This document shows positions 22,549 to 32,929 of a stretch of DNA of 64,000 bases, one piece after another. This DNA comes from Plasmodiophora brassicae. Lineage: Eukaryota. The DNA is taken from assembly GCA_036867785.1 (NCBI GenBank), contig CP145423.1:62001-126000 (forward strand), written 5' to 3'. The translations under genes and the position numbers were made by a program. Numbering within the stretch: position 1 is the stretch's first letter; every line of letters starts with the position of its first letter. The notes below the pieces were generated by a model that was not told the DNA's origin, made no database searches, and saw only the letters and a program-made list of their open reading frames with translations.

Positions 22549-22954
22549 ATGGGCACCGAACGTCGCCGTCAACGCCCCGCCATAGACGCCGAGTACGATG
22601 TACCCCTCCTCCACCATCCAATAAAATCAAGACGACCCCCATGAGGTCTACCAACACTATCACGGCCGCGCCGTCGCTGGCGGCAACCAGGATGACGCCT
22701 GCTCTTAGCGAACCTGCTGTCACTGCTAGAAACTGGCCGGGACATCTGATCAGGTATCAGTATCACTAACGACGTCAGGCACTGCCACGAGGACGACAGC
22801 AACGGCAGCCCCCGATGGCCTCCCGCGTAACACGATTGAGCGGATGCGGCTGACCGAACAGCTGTCCAGTTCGCGTTCATGGGCCGAGAGCGGCTCGCGC
22901 TGGTGCCACGCTGCCAGAACGGGGTGGTTTACGGGAGGCCCGACGACCGCTGGT

Positions 22955-22997
22955 TGACTCAAGCCAAAGGGATTCTGTGATCTCTCATGTTGAGTCA
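22955..22997. promoter_or_regulatory. Two AP-1-type sites (TGACTCA 22955-22961, TGAGTCA 22991-22997)
   Basis: Exact matches ~155-200 bp upstream of ATG 23153. Confidence 0.55.
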
Positions 22998-23152
22998 ACG
23001 CAGGGACAGAGTGCCATGACGCTGACTAGGTACGAGTTTTCGTTGGCGAGTGACGCGTTGGCCCCATTCCAGTAATTATCTCAGACGGACGACGTACCTG
23101 CACACACACACACCCACACACACTGCCGAACATCCTATCTCGTCAATCAGTA

Positions 23153-23986
23153 ATGCCAGTCCCGCGTTCGGCCATCGCGCTCGGCCTGCTGGCAGCCACC
23201 GCCCTCATCGCCGTCACCGTGGATTCGCACGAGTACCACGACGGCCCCGCCATCAACGTCAACATTGCTCAGAAGACGAGTGACGAATTCAACAAGGGCG
23301 GATCAGGCGGCAGCAGGTCCAGGTCGTCGTCCGCGTCCAAGTCAGTAATGTGTTCAGCGGCCAAGAAGACCATTCACGTCGACCCGGCGAAGGTCACCGA
23401 TTACATCCAAGCGGGTGCCACGCTGGGCAAATGCGTCGCCGTCCCGAAGCCGGCACCAGCACAGGCGTCGGCGGCGCCTGCCGATCCACCGGGTGCGGAT
23501 CCTGAACCCGAGCCAGTTCCAGTGCCAACGCCGGCACCGGCAACGACGAAATCGCCAATGGTCCCCGTCTGCATCCCGCACCTTGGTGGGTCCACGATCA
23601 TGGTCCCGTCCGCCACGTTGCAGGCGTTCCTATCCAAGGGTGCCGTCCTGGGTAACTGCACAGCGATGAGCACAGTGGCACCGACGCCGGCACCGACGCC
23701 GGCGCCGACGCCCAAACCGACGACACCGGCGCCAACGACGACGATGCCGACAACGCCGCCGACGTTGTTGCCAACGACGCAGCCGACGCTGATGCCGCAA
23801 ATCATTCGGATCGGTGGTGAGGACTGTGAGTCGGGCGGCGACAATGACCCGACGCCGTACGGGATGGGCAATCGACGCGGGCGCGTCGAGATGCCCGTTC
23901 GAGCTGGAGCGCCGATGACGGCGGGTGGCCATGACGTGATTCCACAGGCGGCCGCCCCAAGCGTCCCCCGAATCCTGTCCCCGTGA
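23153..23986 (+). CDS. Secreted Pro/Thr-rich (mucin-like) protein with two small Cys-bounded repeats
   Basis: Signal MPVPRSAIALGLLAATALIAVTVDS. Repeats 'VMC...TIHV...YIQAGATLGKC' and 'VPVC...TIMV...FLSKGAVLGNC'. PTPA/PTT linkers. Confidence 0.82.
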   Translation: MPVPRSAIALGLLAATALIAVTVDSHEYHDGPAINVNIAQKTSDEFNKGGSGGSRSRSSSASKSVMCSAAKKTIHVDPAKVTDYIQAGATLGKCVAVPKPAPAQASAAPADPPGADPEPEPVPVPTPAPATTKSPMVPVCIPHLGGSTIMVPSATLQAFLSKGAVLGNCTAMSTVAPTPAPTPAPTPKPTTPAPTTTMPTTPPTLLPTTQPTLMPQIIRIGGEDCESGGDNDPTPYGMGNRRGRVEMPVRAGAPMTAGGHDVIPQAAAPSVPRILSP

Positions 23987-24860
23987 TCGATAGCATCCCA
24001 CACAATTACTATTAAAACCAGAAGGCGTGCCATCAGCCATGACGTTGTGCCGTTCGTGTTGAGGAAGCCCTGAACGCAGGCCAACTGAGCATGTGGTGCT
24101 ACTTGCAAGACAGCGGGCCTACAGTGCTCCTCGTTGGCAGTATTGGCCATGAAAGGTCTGCGATGGTGGGTAGCGATGTGATCGGAAATCACAACGCGAC
24201 GTCGCAGGCACGAAATGAGGACACGTGCACAACCCTGAAGTACATCGTCGGCATCCAATTCGGGCCAGCCGGCAAGAACACGACTGATACGAATGCGCAG
24301 CCGACGACGTACTCGAGGGCCATGCCCATGGCGTCTCCCCAGGATCGGCAACCTCTTGTCCATCGATACTGATGAAGGCGGTTTAAATCTCGCACAAACG
24401 TGAATCGCAGAGCAATTGTGTGGTGCAATGCGACTGTCTGTCGTGCTTGGTGAAGGTGGCCCGGTCGACTATACACTCGTGTCGAGGCGGTGCGTGCTAA
24501 TCGAACCCAACGCCAGCGGTGCGGAACCCTTGACCAGTTGGAACCTTCCGGAAAACACAACACGTACACGCGACACCATTGTCTTGTGTTCTGCGGTAGC
24601 CTTCAACTACTTATGGACCCGTGGCCGAGGCAAAACCGGGGCCACGACTGAATCAGCAATCTGCAGCCGGACAGTCAACGAACGCTGGGACAATGGTCCA
24701 TGGAGACGCCGACACGCGTCCGAAAGGAACGCCGGAGAAACGGCAGAGCATCAGGCCGCGCGGATGCCGTGGCGGAGTGCGCCACCCGCGTACCTAATAT
24801 TCAATACAGAAGGTAGACTGGAACGCTCCGCCTGGAAAGTCCGTGACGGACCAGCCGATC

Positions 24861-25527
24861 ATGTCGGTCACGGTGCACACGTCTGCAGGCGACCTGAAGA
24901 TCGAGATAGCATGTGACCTGGTTCCCGGCGCCGCCAAGGTGTGTAATCAGGCGTGTCTGGTATTATAACATGCACGTTGACGCGGGAGCAGAATTTCCTG
25001 GCGTTGTGCGCGTCGGGTGCATACGATAACACGCTGTTCCATCGCGTCATCCCTGGGTTCATGGTCCAGGGCGGCGATCCGACTGGCACTGGCAAAGGAG
25101 GACGTGCCTGGAACGGGGATTTCCTTAAAGATGAGTTTCATGCTTCCCTAAGGGTTCATTTCACCATTATGATGATCGTTCATAGGCGTAGGAGTTCTGA
25201 CTGGGTCGCAATGTACCGTAGCATGACCGACGCGGGGTCGTTGCATTCGCCAACCGCGGCCCGAACACGAACGCGTCCCAGTTCTACATCACGTTCGCCG
25301 CGGCGCCCCATCTCGACAATACGTCGACCATCTTTGGAAGGTTCGGGACCGTTGTGGCCGCGCGCCTGACGACTTGGCCTAATGTGCTGTGCAGTCTCAT
25401 TGACGGGTTCTCCACTCTGGATGCTATTGAAAAGGTGCCCATCGGTGATAAGCACCGACCCGTTACTGATATCGTCATATCGTCGGTCACGATTCATGCC
25501 AACCCGATCGCCGATCTGGAAGCCTGA
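24861..25527 (+). CDS. PPIL3: Cyclophilin-type peptidyl-prolyl isomerase PPIL3 (4 exons)
   Basis: [15 protein letters not shown]...[37 protein letters not shown]...NASQFYITF...VTIHANPIA; three introns. Confidence 0.93.
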
Positions 25528-25666
25528 TGCCTACTTATTGTTCCAGTGGTCACCGTAAGCCGATGGTTTGTCAGACGTTCGGTTATCGTGACCTGCTACT
25601 TGTAAAATATAACCTGCGTAAAGACAAAGGTGCTGTTCGACTGTTTCGTGAGAGTGTATGTAGTAC

Positions 25667-25948
25667 CTAATAGAATGACTTGACGATGGCGTGGTGAGCT
25701 TTCATTACGGCTGAATTCCACGCCATGGCCGCACGATCGAGGACGCGCGTCGGTATGGGCGTCGTCGAACTGTACACGTCGCCGATCGAGGGCCGGCGCG
25801 GCCCGCCCGATTCGGGGCGCCGTCGAGGCTGTACCCGGTCCAGAATCGACTGGTGCGCCGCGAAGATCGTCTCCCGCATCGACAGATACATGACGGCGCC
25901 GGCCGCCCCGCCTAGCGCCAGCCCCTGTGCCGCAACGCGAACCGACAT
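25667..25948 (-). CDS. Small membrane protein, MICOS Mic12/Mic13(QIL1)-like
   Basis: 93 aa. N-terminal TM with GxxxG (ALGGAAGAVMYL) and C-terminal 'AWNSAV' WN motif, the two hallmarks of Mic12/Mic13. Confidence 0.5.
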   Translation of the reverse strand: MSVRVAAQGLALGGAAGAVMYLSMRETIFAAHQSILDRVQPRRRPESGGPRRPSIGDVYSSTTPIPTRVLDRAAMAWNSAVMKAHHAIVKSFY

Positions 25949-26544
25949 CGTGTGGTGCCCCGGTTCAGGTACCAAAAAAAGACGCTCGCTGGCGATGCGC
26001 CCTCGTTGTTGTCCGAATCGTGCAGAGCGTGATCATTAAGCGCCAAGCACTGACGATGTGTACGTACCAACCAGGCCTTCACGGTAGCGCTGCATGGGTG
26101 TGAACCTCTCGCCGTATACATGGTCCTACGTAATGGTGGGCCTTCAGTGTACTGTGTATTAATTACGCAGTAGGCGCGAGGTTACAGCAGGCAGATCAGA
26201 CACAGGCGCATCGTGCGTGGCGGATGCCCTCTTCGAGATTCTCGGCTGGGATCCTGCGAACGAAACGACACTGCAAAACCTTGAACGTGAGGAATAGCAG
26301 GCAACAGCTGATAGGATATGTTTCCCCAATGACTGGGTGGCGTCAGACCGCTTCAGCAGGTGCTCTGGTTTCTGGCGCTGCCTCCTGGGCGCAGTCGCGC
26401 GGGATCCCCCGCAGGACCGACCCTGGCTGTTGACGTTACCTCGCCGAGCACTATTCGACTCACAGCAGAACCTAAGCTGTCCTGTGAAACACTTTGGCTC
26501 TGCTCCTTGACGCTATCCAGTTCGTGACTGAGTTGGAAGCTGCG

Positions 26545-27641
26545 ATGAGCGGCGATCTGTATCCAGGGGACCTGGTGGCCCGGCGTGTGCTGCGGGCGCT
26601 CAACTGTGCGGTAATGGGATGGATCCTGTTCTCCTCGGCGCTATACGTGAAGCGCAAGAACGCCAAGGACCGCAAACGCCTGGAGCTTGTCACAATTGGG
26701 TGCATGCTTATGTCGTTCGTCTGTGAGTGGGCTCGGCGTCTCTGTCGCTGGCCGGGCACTGATACCAGCGGTCCTCGTTTGCCAGGCGTCTTCTTGGTGA
26801 CGATCAATATCGTGCTTCTGCCGTTCCGGGGAACGCCGGCCACCGACTTCGAATGCAACCTCTTCGAGCGTGGCGGAAACATCACCAATTTCGTGATGTA
26901 CGCCGGCATGGTGTACTTCTTCTACCTGCGCACGGAAACGATTCGCAAGAACATCATGTCGACGAACTTCATCAAGACACCGTTGTTCACATGGCTCTGC
27001 ACGTCGCTCGCCTACGCCATCATCGTTGGGTTTTTCGCCACGTGTGCCTATATCGAGTCGTTCCCGCTCAGAGCTGAGGAGTGCTTCTTCGGCGTTCCGC
27101 CCTTTGTTGGTACCCTGGTGATCAGCCTGCTAGCGGCGTCGGCCTTTACGTTCCTGATCATCTTCACGTACATTCTGTTGAAAGAAACGCTGATGTCTGA
27201 GGCCCTGCGACGCAAAGCGATAACCTGCTGGGTCACGACGTTGCTCGCCTTTATTACCGAGTCGATGTGCTTCCTCGTTCTTAACCACTACTTCGCCGAT
27301 GAGCTGTGGAACATGGTGTTGCACATGGACATGGTAATCATATTAATTTGGAATTTCCAACTGCTGTCCACACGAAATGCCACTAACAGAAAATGGTGTA
27401 GACGTGGAACATGGTTCTTCTAGCGGTAAACCTGTCGGACTGGAAGGCCCGGCTGTTACAAAACCCGTTCAAGCCGGGAACCATCATCAACCTTCCGACG
27501 GTGTCTACCACGAAAGATCGAACAGTCAAGACAACTGGCAGTACTGAGAAAGGCAGCAAGGAGGGATTGTACCCTGCAGGCACGAGCCAAGATTCCAAGA
27601 GCAAGTCGAACGCTGCTGTCGTTCCTGTCCAGAATACCTGA
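26545..27641 (+). CDS. Seven-transmembrane (GPCR-like) protein
   Basis: About seven hydrophobic segments, Cys in the predicted extracellular loops (FEC, EECFFG), 'FFYLR' after TM3, Ser/Thr/Lys-rich tail in the last exon. Confidence 0.72.
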
Positions 27642-28017
27642 TTACATGTACCCGAAAGCCTCTCATGCTGCTCTGTTAATAAAGCCGCGGGTTTTGAGGC
27701 AATATGGCGTCTCACGTCTCGAACGGTACGTAGCAAATCTGCCAGAACCCGCTAGGACGGGTGTCAGCCGGCGCAGGCGCATGCTTTGAGTTGTGTACTT
27801 GTGCTGCAAGGCGAAAGTGCTCCTATTGACATTAACCCCAACGACGAGGACGCTGATACGTTGAGCCTACGGCATCATCGGGGAACACCTCGCAACGTCG
27901 TGCTGCCGGAGTCGTTGCTCGCTTCGTTGCTCGCTCTCGTCCTGAATAGTCCTGCTCGTGATATACTACAGCAGTTGGCATTCGTTGAACGATCAAGGCA
28001 GGATTTTATGAGGGCGG

Positions 28018-28347
28018 TCAGTGGTACCGGTCGTGGTGGTGATCAAAGTGCGGGTAACCGTCTTCGTCGTCGTACCCGTGTGCCATGCCCATCATCTCAT
28101 GGGCGGAAAGCGGGTGCCCGTGCCCGTGGTGTTCGCCGTCCCCGTAGTCATCGTCGTGGTTGTGAGGGACTGGGGCGTGATCCTGCACGTCAATGTCAAC
28201 CTCGACCTCGTGCTCCTTGCCTTCGTTGTGGGCTGCGTCCTCTCGATGATGCTTGTCCTGCCGGAAGTCGTCCTCGTCGGCGACGACCAGCGATGCACCA
28301 AGCAGCAGAGCAAACGCGACAGCAGCAACGGCAACACCGACCTTCAT
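28018..28347 (-). CDS. Secreted His/Asp-rich protein 5 (109 aa)
   Basis: Signal MKVGVAVAAVAFALLLGASLVVA. Mature DEDDFRQDKHH...EVEVDIDVQDH...HHHDRYH*. No Cys. Confidence 0.85.
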   Translation of the reverse strand: MKVGVAVAAVAFALLLGASLVVADEDDFRQDKHHREDAAHNEGKEHEVEVDIDVQDHAPVPHNHDDDYGDGEHHGHGHPLSAHEMMGMAHGYDDEDGYPHFDHHHDRYH

Positions 28348-28414
28348 GATTGATGATCTCTTTGAACAGTGGCGTACCTGGGCGGGGCCGCACCACCGGA
28401 ACCGACCAAGTGCA

Positions 28415-28848
28415 TGACTCATCTGGGGCAGCGTGACATCACGCCGATGCTGTCTCGAACTACCGGCAATGGGAGCTGGCAGAGAGAGAGAGAGAGAGAC
28501 AAGTTCCATTGGTGTTGGCCTGCGTTAAAAGCGCGAAACGCATAAAAACTAAACTAAACTAACTGCCGTTGGTGTCTCTCCAAAGTGCAATGCAATCTGG
28601 AAATCGTACTGGAAACGTGCTGTCTTGTACGATGAAGGCGAGCGCAGCACCGTCCCTTTGCCATGAGGTCATGTTGGACGCTGCCTTTATGCTTTCGTTT
28701 CGTCGGAACGACGCGACACGTTTCGATTGGCGTCATTGTACAGTACAAGTTAGAGCACGTCTCGCCGCCGATAAGCCGGATATACTCAGAGTCCATAATG
28801 AAGGGACGATGAGAGTTGCAGTAGTGTGACTCACGACATCGTGAGTCA
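28415..28848. promoter_or_regulatory. Divergent promoter of His-rich genes 5 and 6, with three AP-1-type sites and one CRE-like site
   Basis: TGACTCA 28415-28421, TGACATCACGCC 28434-28445, TGACTCA 28827-28833, TGAGTCA 28842-28848. (GA)n microsatellite at ~28481-28499. Confidence 0.62.
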
Positions 28849-28928
28849 ACAGAGCCACACTAGTGAGCAAGTGCCCACTGAATCGTCCAGTGAGCAGGTA
28901 GCCCTGAATCACCAGTCATTCACTAACT

Positions 28929-29462
28929 ATGGCGATAATGTCGACAAGAGTTGCCCTTGCACTGGCCGTTATCGTCGGTGTTGTTGCTGTATCGGGTTTC
29001 GATACCCACCACGATGACGGGTACCATCACGACCCCTACGCGCACCACGACGACGGGCTCCATCATCACGGTGACGGGCATCACCACGATCCGCACGAAC
29101 ATTATGACGATGACCATGATCACGAGGATTCGTCGCAAGGCCTTGATGTCCACGTTCATGTTCGGCGTCATGATCTAGCAGGTGAGAAGGACGGCCAACG
29201 TCTCGACCATGGCGTAGATACCGATGCGCATCATGGCCCCGAACACTACGACGAACATGGCGAATGGATGCCAGGACACGCCTTGCATGGACATGACGAT
29301 GGGCACCATGCTGACCATGGTGAGCATCACGACCCGCACCACGATCTCCACCACGAATACGACACGTTCCCGTTCGAGCACACACATCACGACCACGATC
29401 ACGATCACGACGATGACGCGTGGATGGACCACCTGTTGGGCCATGACGGCCACTTCCACTGA
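28929..29462 (+). CDS. Secreted His/Asp-rich protein 6 (177 aa)
   Basis: Signal MAIMSTRVALALAVIVGVVAVSG. Mature FDTHHDDGYHHD...LDVHVHVRRHD...HDHDHDHDDD...GHFH*. No Cys. Confidence 0.87.
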   Translation: MAIMSTRVALALAVIVGVVAVSGFDTHHDDGYHHDPYAHHDDGLHHHGDGHHHDPHEHYDDDHDHEDSSQGLDVHVHVRRHDLAGEKDGQRLDHGVDTDAHHGPEHYDEHGEWMPGHALHGHDDGHHADHGEHHDPHHDLHHEYDTFPFEHTHHDHDHDHDDDAWMDHLLGHDGHFH

Positions 29463-29698
29463 TTACCCATCTCGTTAGGCCAGTAAATACCCGATTCGCC
29501 ATGGCAACTGTCTGGCTAGCCTTCGAGAATGTATTTACGTGCCCCAGCAGTAACATTCGCTGGGGCGGGTGTACGGACTCCGTGGCGAGTGGTGTAGCTC
29601 ACACTGGCCGCGTTGGCGCCGACCGACCACCAGACGCACCGCGACGATTAGCGTCCCATTCGCTGGTACCGACCGCTCTGAGCAGGACCGGGCACACG

Positions 29699-31316
29699 AT
29701 GGCGAGCAAATCGGCCCTGGGGAAAATCGCCGAGATCGAGGCCGAAATGGCAAGAAGTACGGATCGCTGTTCCGCGCGTTGCCTGGGCGGTGGCTAACGG
29801 ATGCACGCAGCTCAAAAGAACAAGGCCACGAACCAGCACTTGGGATTGTTGAAGGCCAAGCTCGCTAAATTACGACGTGAGGTTCTTGATTCAGGCAGCA
29901 GCGGTGGCGGTAAGACTGGCGAAGGTTTCGATGTCACAAAGTACTGCGAAACGCTGGTGCTTGGCGCGTTTATCCTCATCTGACGGCTTGCTCGTGTCCA
30001 GGTCAGGAGATGCTCGAGTTGGGTTGATCGGGTTCCCGTCTGTTGGAAAGTCGACGCTGCTAACGAAGCTGACCGGCACGCAATCGGAAGCCGCCTCGTA
30101 CGAGTTCACGACGCTGACATGCATTGTATGGCAGCAACTTGATTGTCCGCCCGCTGGATGTCATAGTTTAACGTGTTATTGACAGCCTGGAACGTTCCAG
30201 TACAAAGGATGCCGAATACAGCTTTTGGATCTGCCTGGGATTATCGAGGGTGCCAAGGATGGCAAGGGTCGTGGGCGACAAGGTATGAACGCAGGGTTTT
30301 CAATGTGTCGACACGTGTCGAACGCTGAAGTTTATCAGTCATTGGTGTGGCGCGTACCTGCAATCTGATCTTGATTGTGCTGGATGCTGCCCAGCCCATG
30401 ACGCACAAGAAGATCATCGAACGTGAACTGGAAGGTTAGGGGCGCACGGTCGATCACCATCCTACCAAACCTGATGTTGATGTGCATAGGATTCGGGATC
30501 AGGCTGAACCAGAAGCCACCGAATATCAAGTTTACGAAGAAGGACAGCGGCGGGATCGCTATCACCAAGTCGGTGCCACTCACGAAACTGGACGATCAGA
30601 CTATCCAGGCAGTGTATCGTTCGACGATGCCCGTTTATGCTGCTGACTTCGAGCCTGCAGGCCATCTGCAAGGAGTACCGCTTCCTGAACTGTGATGTCA
30701 CTCTGAGAGAGGACTGCTCAGCAGACCAGTTGATTGATGTGATTGAAGGTTGGACATGAGCTGGCGTTGTGACGCACGGTTGTGTGTGTTCAACGCGCTG
30801 TCTAGGCAACCGGCACTATGTTCCGGCACTGTACATTCTGAACAAGATCGACACGATCTCCATTGAAGAGCTCGATCTTCTCGCTCGTGTCCCACATTAC
30901 GTACCTATTTCTGCCAAGGACGAATGGAACTTCGATGACCTGATGGTACGTGTCAACCGGTAGCTGCCGTCCAGTTCGTTGACGTTCGCCTCCATGATCA
31001 GGAGACCGTTTGGAAGTACCTGAACATGCTCCGTATCTATACGAAGCCTAAGGGCAAGATTCCCGACTACGAAGCGCCGGTGGTGATGCCTGCCCACAAG
31101 AACACGATTCAGAACTTTTGTGGACGCATCCACAAGGCCCTGCTAGCCCAATTCAAATAGTAAGCCCCTGCTTGCGTGTCTCGCTCAGCGTCATTACTGA
31201 ACGGCCTATCCAGTGCCTGGGTGTGGGGATCGTCTGTCAAGCACAACCCCCAGAAGGTTGGCCTCGATCACCTTCTCGCCGATGAAGACATTGTCCAAAT
31301 CGTCAAGAAAGTATAA
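29699..31316 (+). CDS. DRG1: Developmentally regulated GTP-binding protein 1 (OBG family, many introns)
   Basis: '[11 protein letters not shown]', '[21 protein letters not shown]', '[10 protein letters not shown]', 'YEFTTLTCI', '[18 protein letters not shown]', TGS-domain end '[11 protein letters not shown]'. Confidence 0.95.
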
Positions 31317-31563
31317 ATGGCTGACGACGTGTCTCATCGCATCGTGCATGTGTGAATGCTGGCCAATTCGTTGCTCCTATATTCCTCCCAGCACGAACGC
31401 CGAGTACCGCTGGGCCCGTTGCTAGGGAGTAGGGCACGTCCAGTCGCAGGCGTCATCTTGGCGCAGCGTCCGGGACAGCGCCGGACGGACTTGTACCTAT
31501 CCGGTGTCCGTAGCGGTGTCCGTCGCGGACACCGGAGCGACGCTTGCCGGTGCTGCGGTGGTC

Positions 31564-32515
31564 ATGGCCAAGTCCAGGTTCGAATACGTTCGCGAGTTCG
31601 AGCAGCAGGACTGCCTGCTGAAGAATGCCTGGATTGTGGTCCGGATCGACGGGCGCGGGTTTCACAAGTACGCTTCGGCTGGCCTGCCCCAGCCGTACTC
31701 GGTGGCGCGCTTACCGTTACGCTTGATCGTAGGTTCACATCGGCGCATGGCTTCCTGAGACCGAACGATGCGCGCGGACTCAGTCTGATGAATGCTTGCG
31801 CCAAAGCTGTCATGGAAGACTTCGAGGACATTGTAATCGCGTACGGTCACTCGGATGAGTTTTCGTTCGTCATCAATCGTCATGCAACTGTCTACAAGCG
31901 TCGTGCGTCGAAGATCCTGTCCACCATTGTCTCTCTTTTCACTGCGAGGTGTGGTGTCTCTCTCTCCCTCCCTCTCTAAACCTGGTCACCTTGTTGTGTT
32001 CTCTGACATGGTGAACCGTACCCAGGTACGTTATGGACTGGCCGACCTATTTCCCCGATGTCGCCCTGAGGTCGACGCCAATGTTTGACGGGCGCGTCGT
32101 TCTGTATCCGACGAACGAGAATGTCATCGACTATATGAAATGGCGTCAGGCAGACTGCCACGTCAACAACCTGTACAACACGACGTTCTGGTGCCTCGTG
32201 CTGCGCGGCGGCCGGTCCAATGCCGAGGCCGAGCGCGACCTGATTGGTTCGTCGAGGCCATCGCCCGACTGTACCTTTGCGCGCACTGACCCACCTGTGT
32301 TCGTAGGTACGTCGTCCGCCGACAAGAACGAGATCATGTTCTCGCGGTTCTCCCTGAATTACAACAACGAACCGGCCATGTTCCGCAAGGGATCCATCCT
32401 GGTCCGGTACGAACCTCGCCAGCCCGACAGACGCCTGAAGCACCCCATCATCATCCACGACGACCTGATCCACAACGCCTTCTGGTCCGACATGTTCCCT
32501 AACGTTATCCGATAA
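31564..32515 (+). CDS. THG1: tRNA(His) guanylyltransferase
   Basis: [13 protein letters not shown]...[55 protein letters not shown]...YNN...FRKGS; three introns. Confidence 0.96.
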
Positions 32516-32929
32516 ACGCACAAGTCGGGAGCGTGCTCGAGCTGTGCGCCACAGTGGAATATCTTCGGCCTGAACCTCGGCCCGTCTCGGCACCACCAGC
32601 TGTTCGTGCGGATCCTGCCCTCCGGCGTCGCCGCCGGCTACTTCCTCGTTGAGCACGTCGCCGTCATCCACGCCAAGTACCTGGAGAAGGTCCCCGACGC
32701 TGTCCGGTCGCGCCGCCGCCTCCTATTGGAATTCACTCTGTCGACGCTGTCGTACCCGCACGCGGCGCCGCTCGTCAAGCTGTGCACGGGTGACGACCGC
32801 GGGCGTCTACCTGGCGATCTCCGGGCTCTTCGCCAAGGACGTCGGGGCTCCCGCGTTCCGGCTCCAGCGCCTGGGACCCAATCGCGGTAGAACGACGAGG
32901 GCACCGGTCATGGGTTTCAGCAGCGTGTT

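Noticed and set aside
24000-24800. Possible small minus-strand membrane-protein gene
   Set aside because: Hydrophobic fragments exist, but I could not build a consistent exon chain.
32560-32900. GC-rich coding-like stretch between THG1 and the GH gene
   Set aside because: No ATG start, an apparent frameshift and no identifiable family; at most an orphan fragment.
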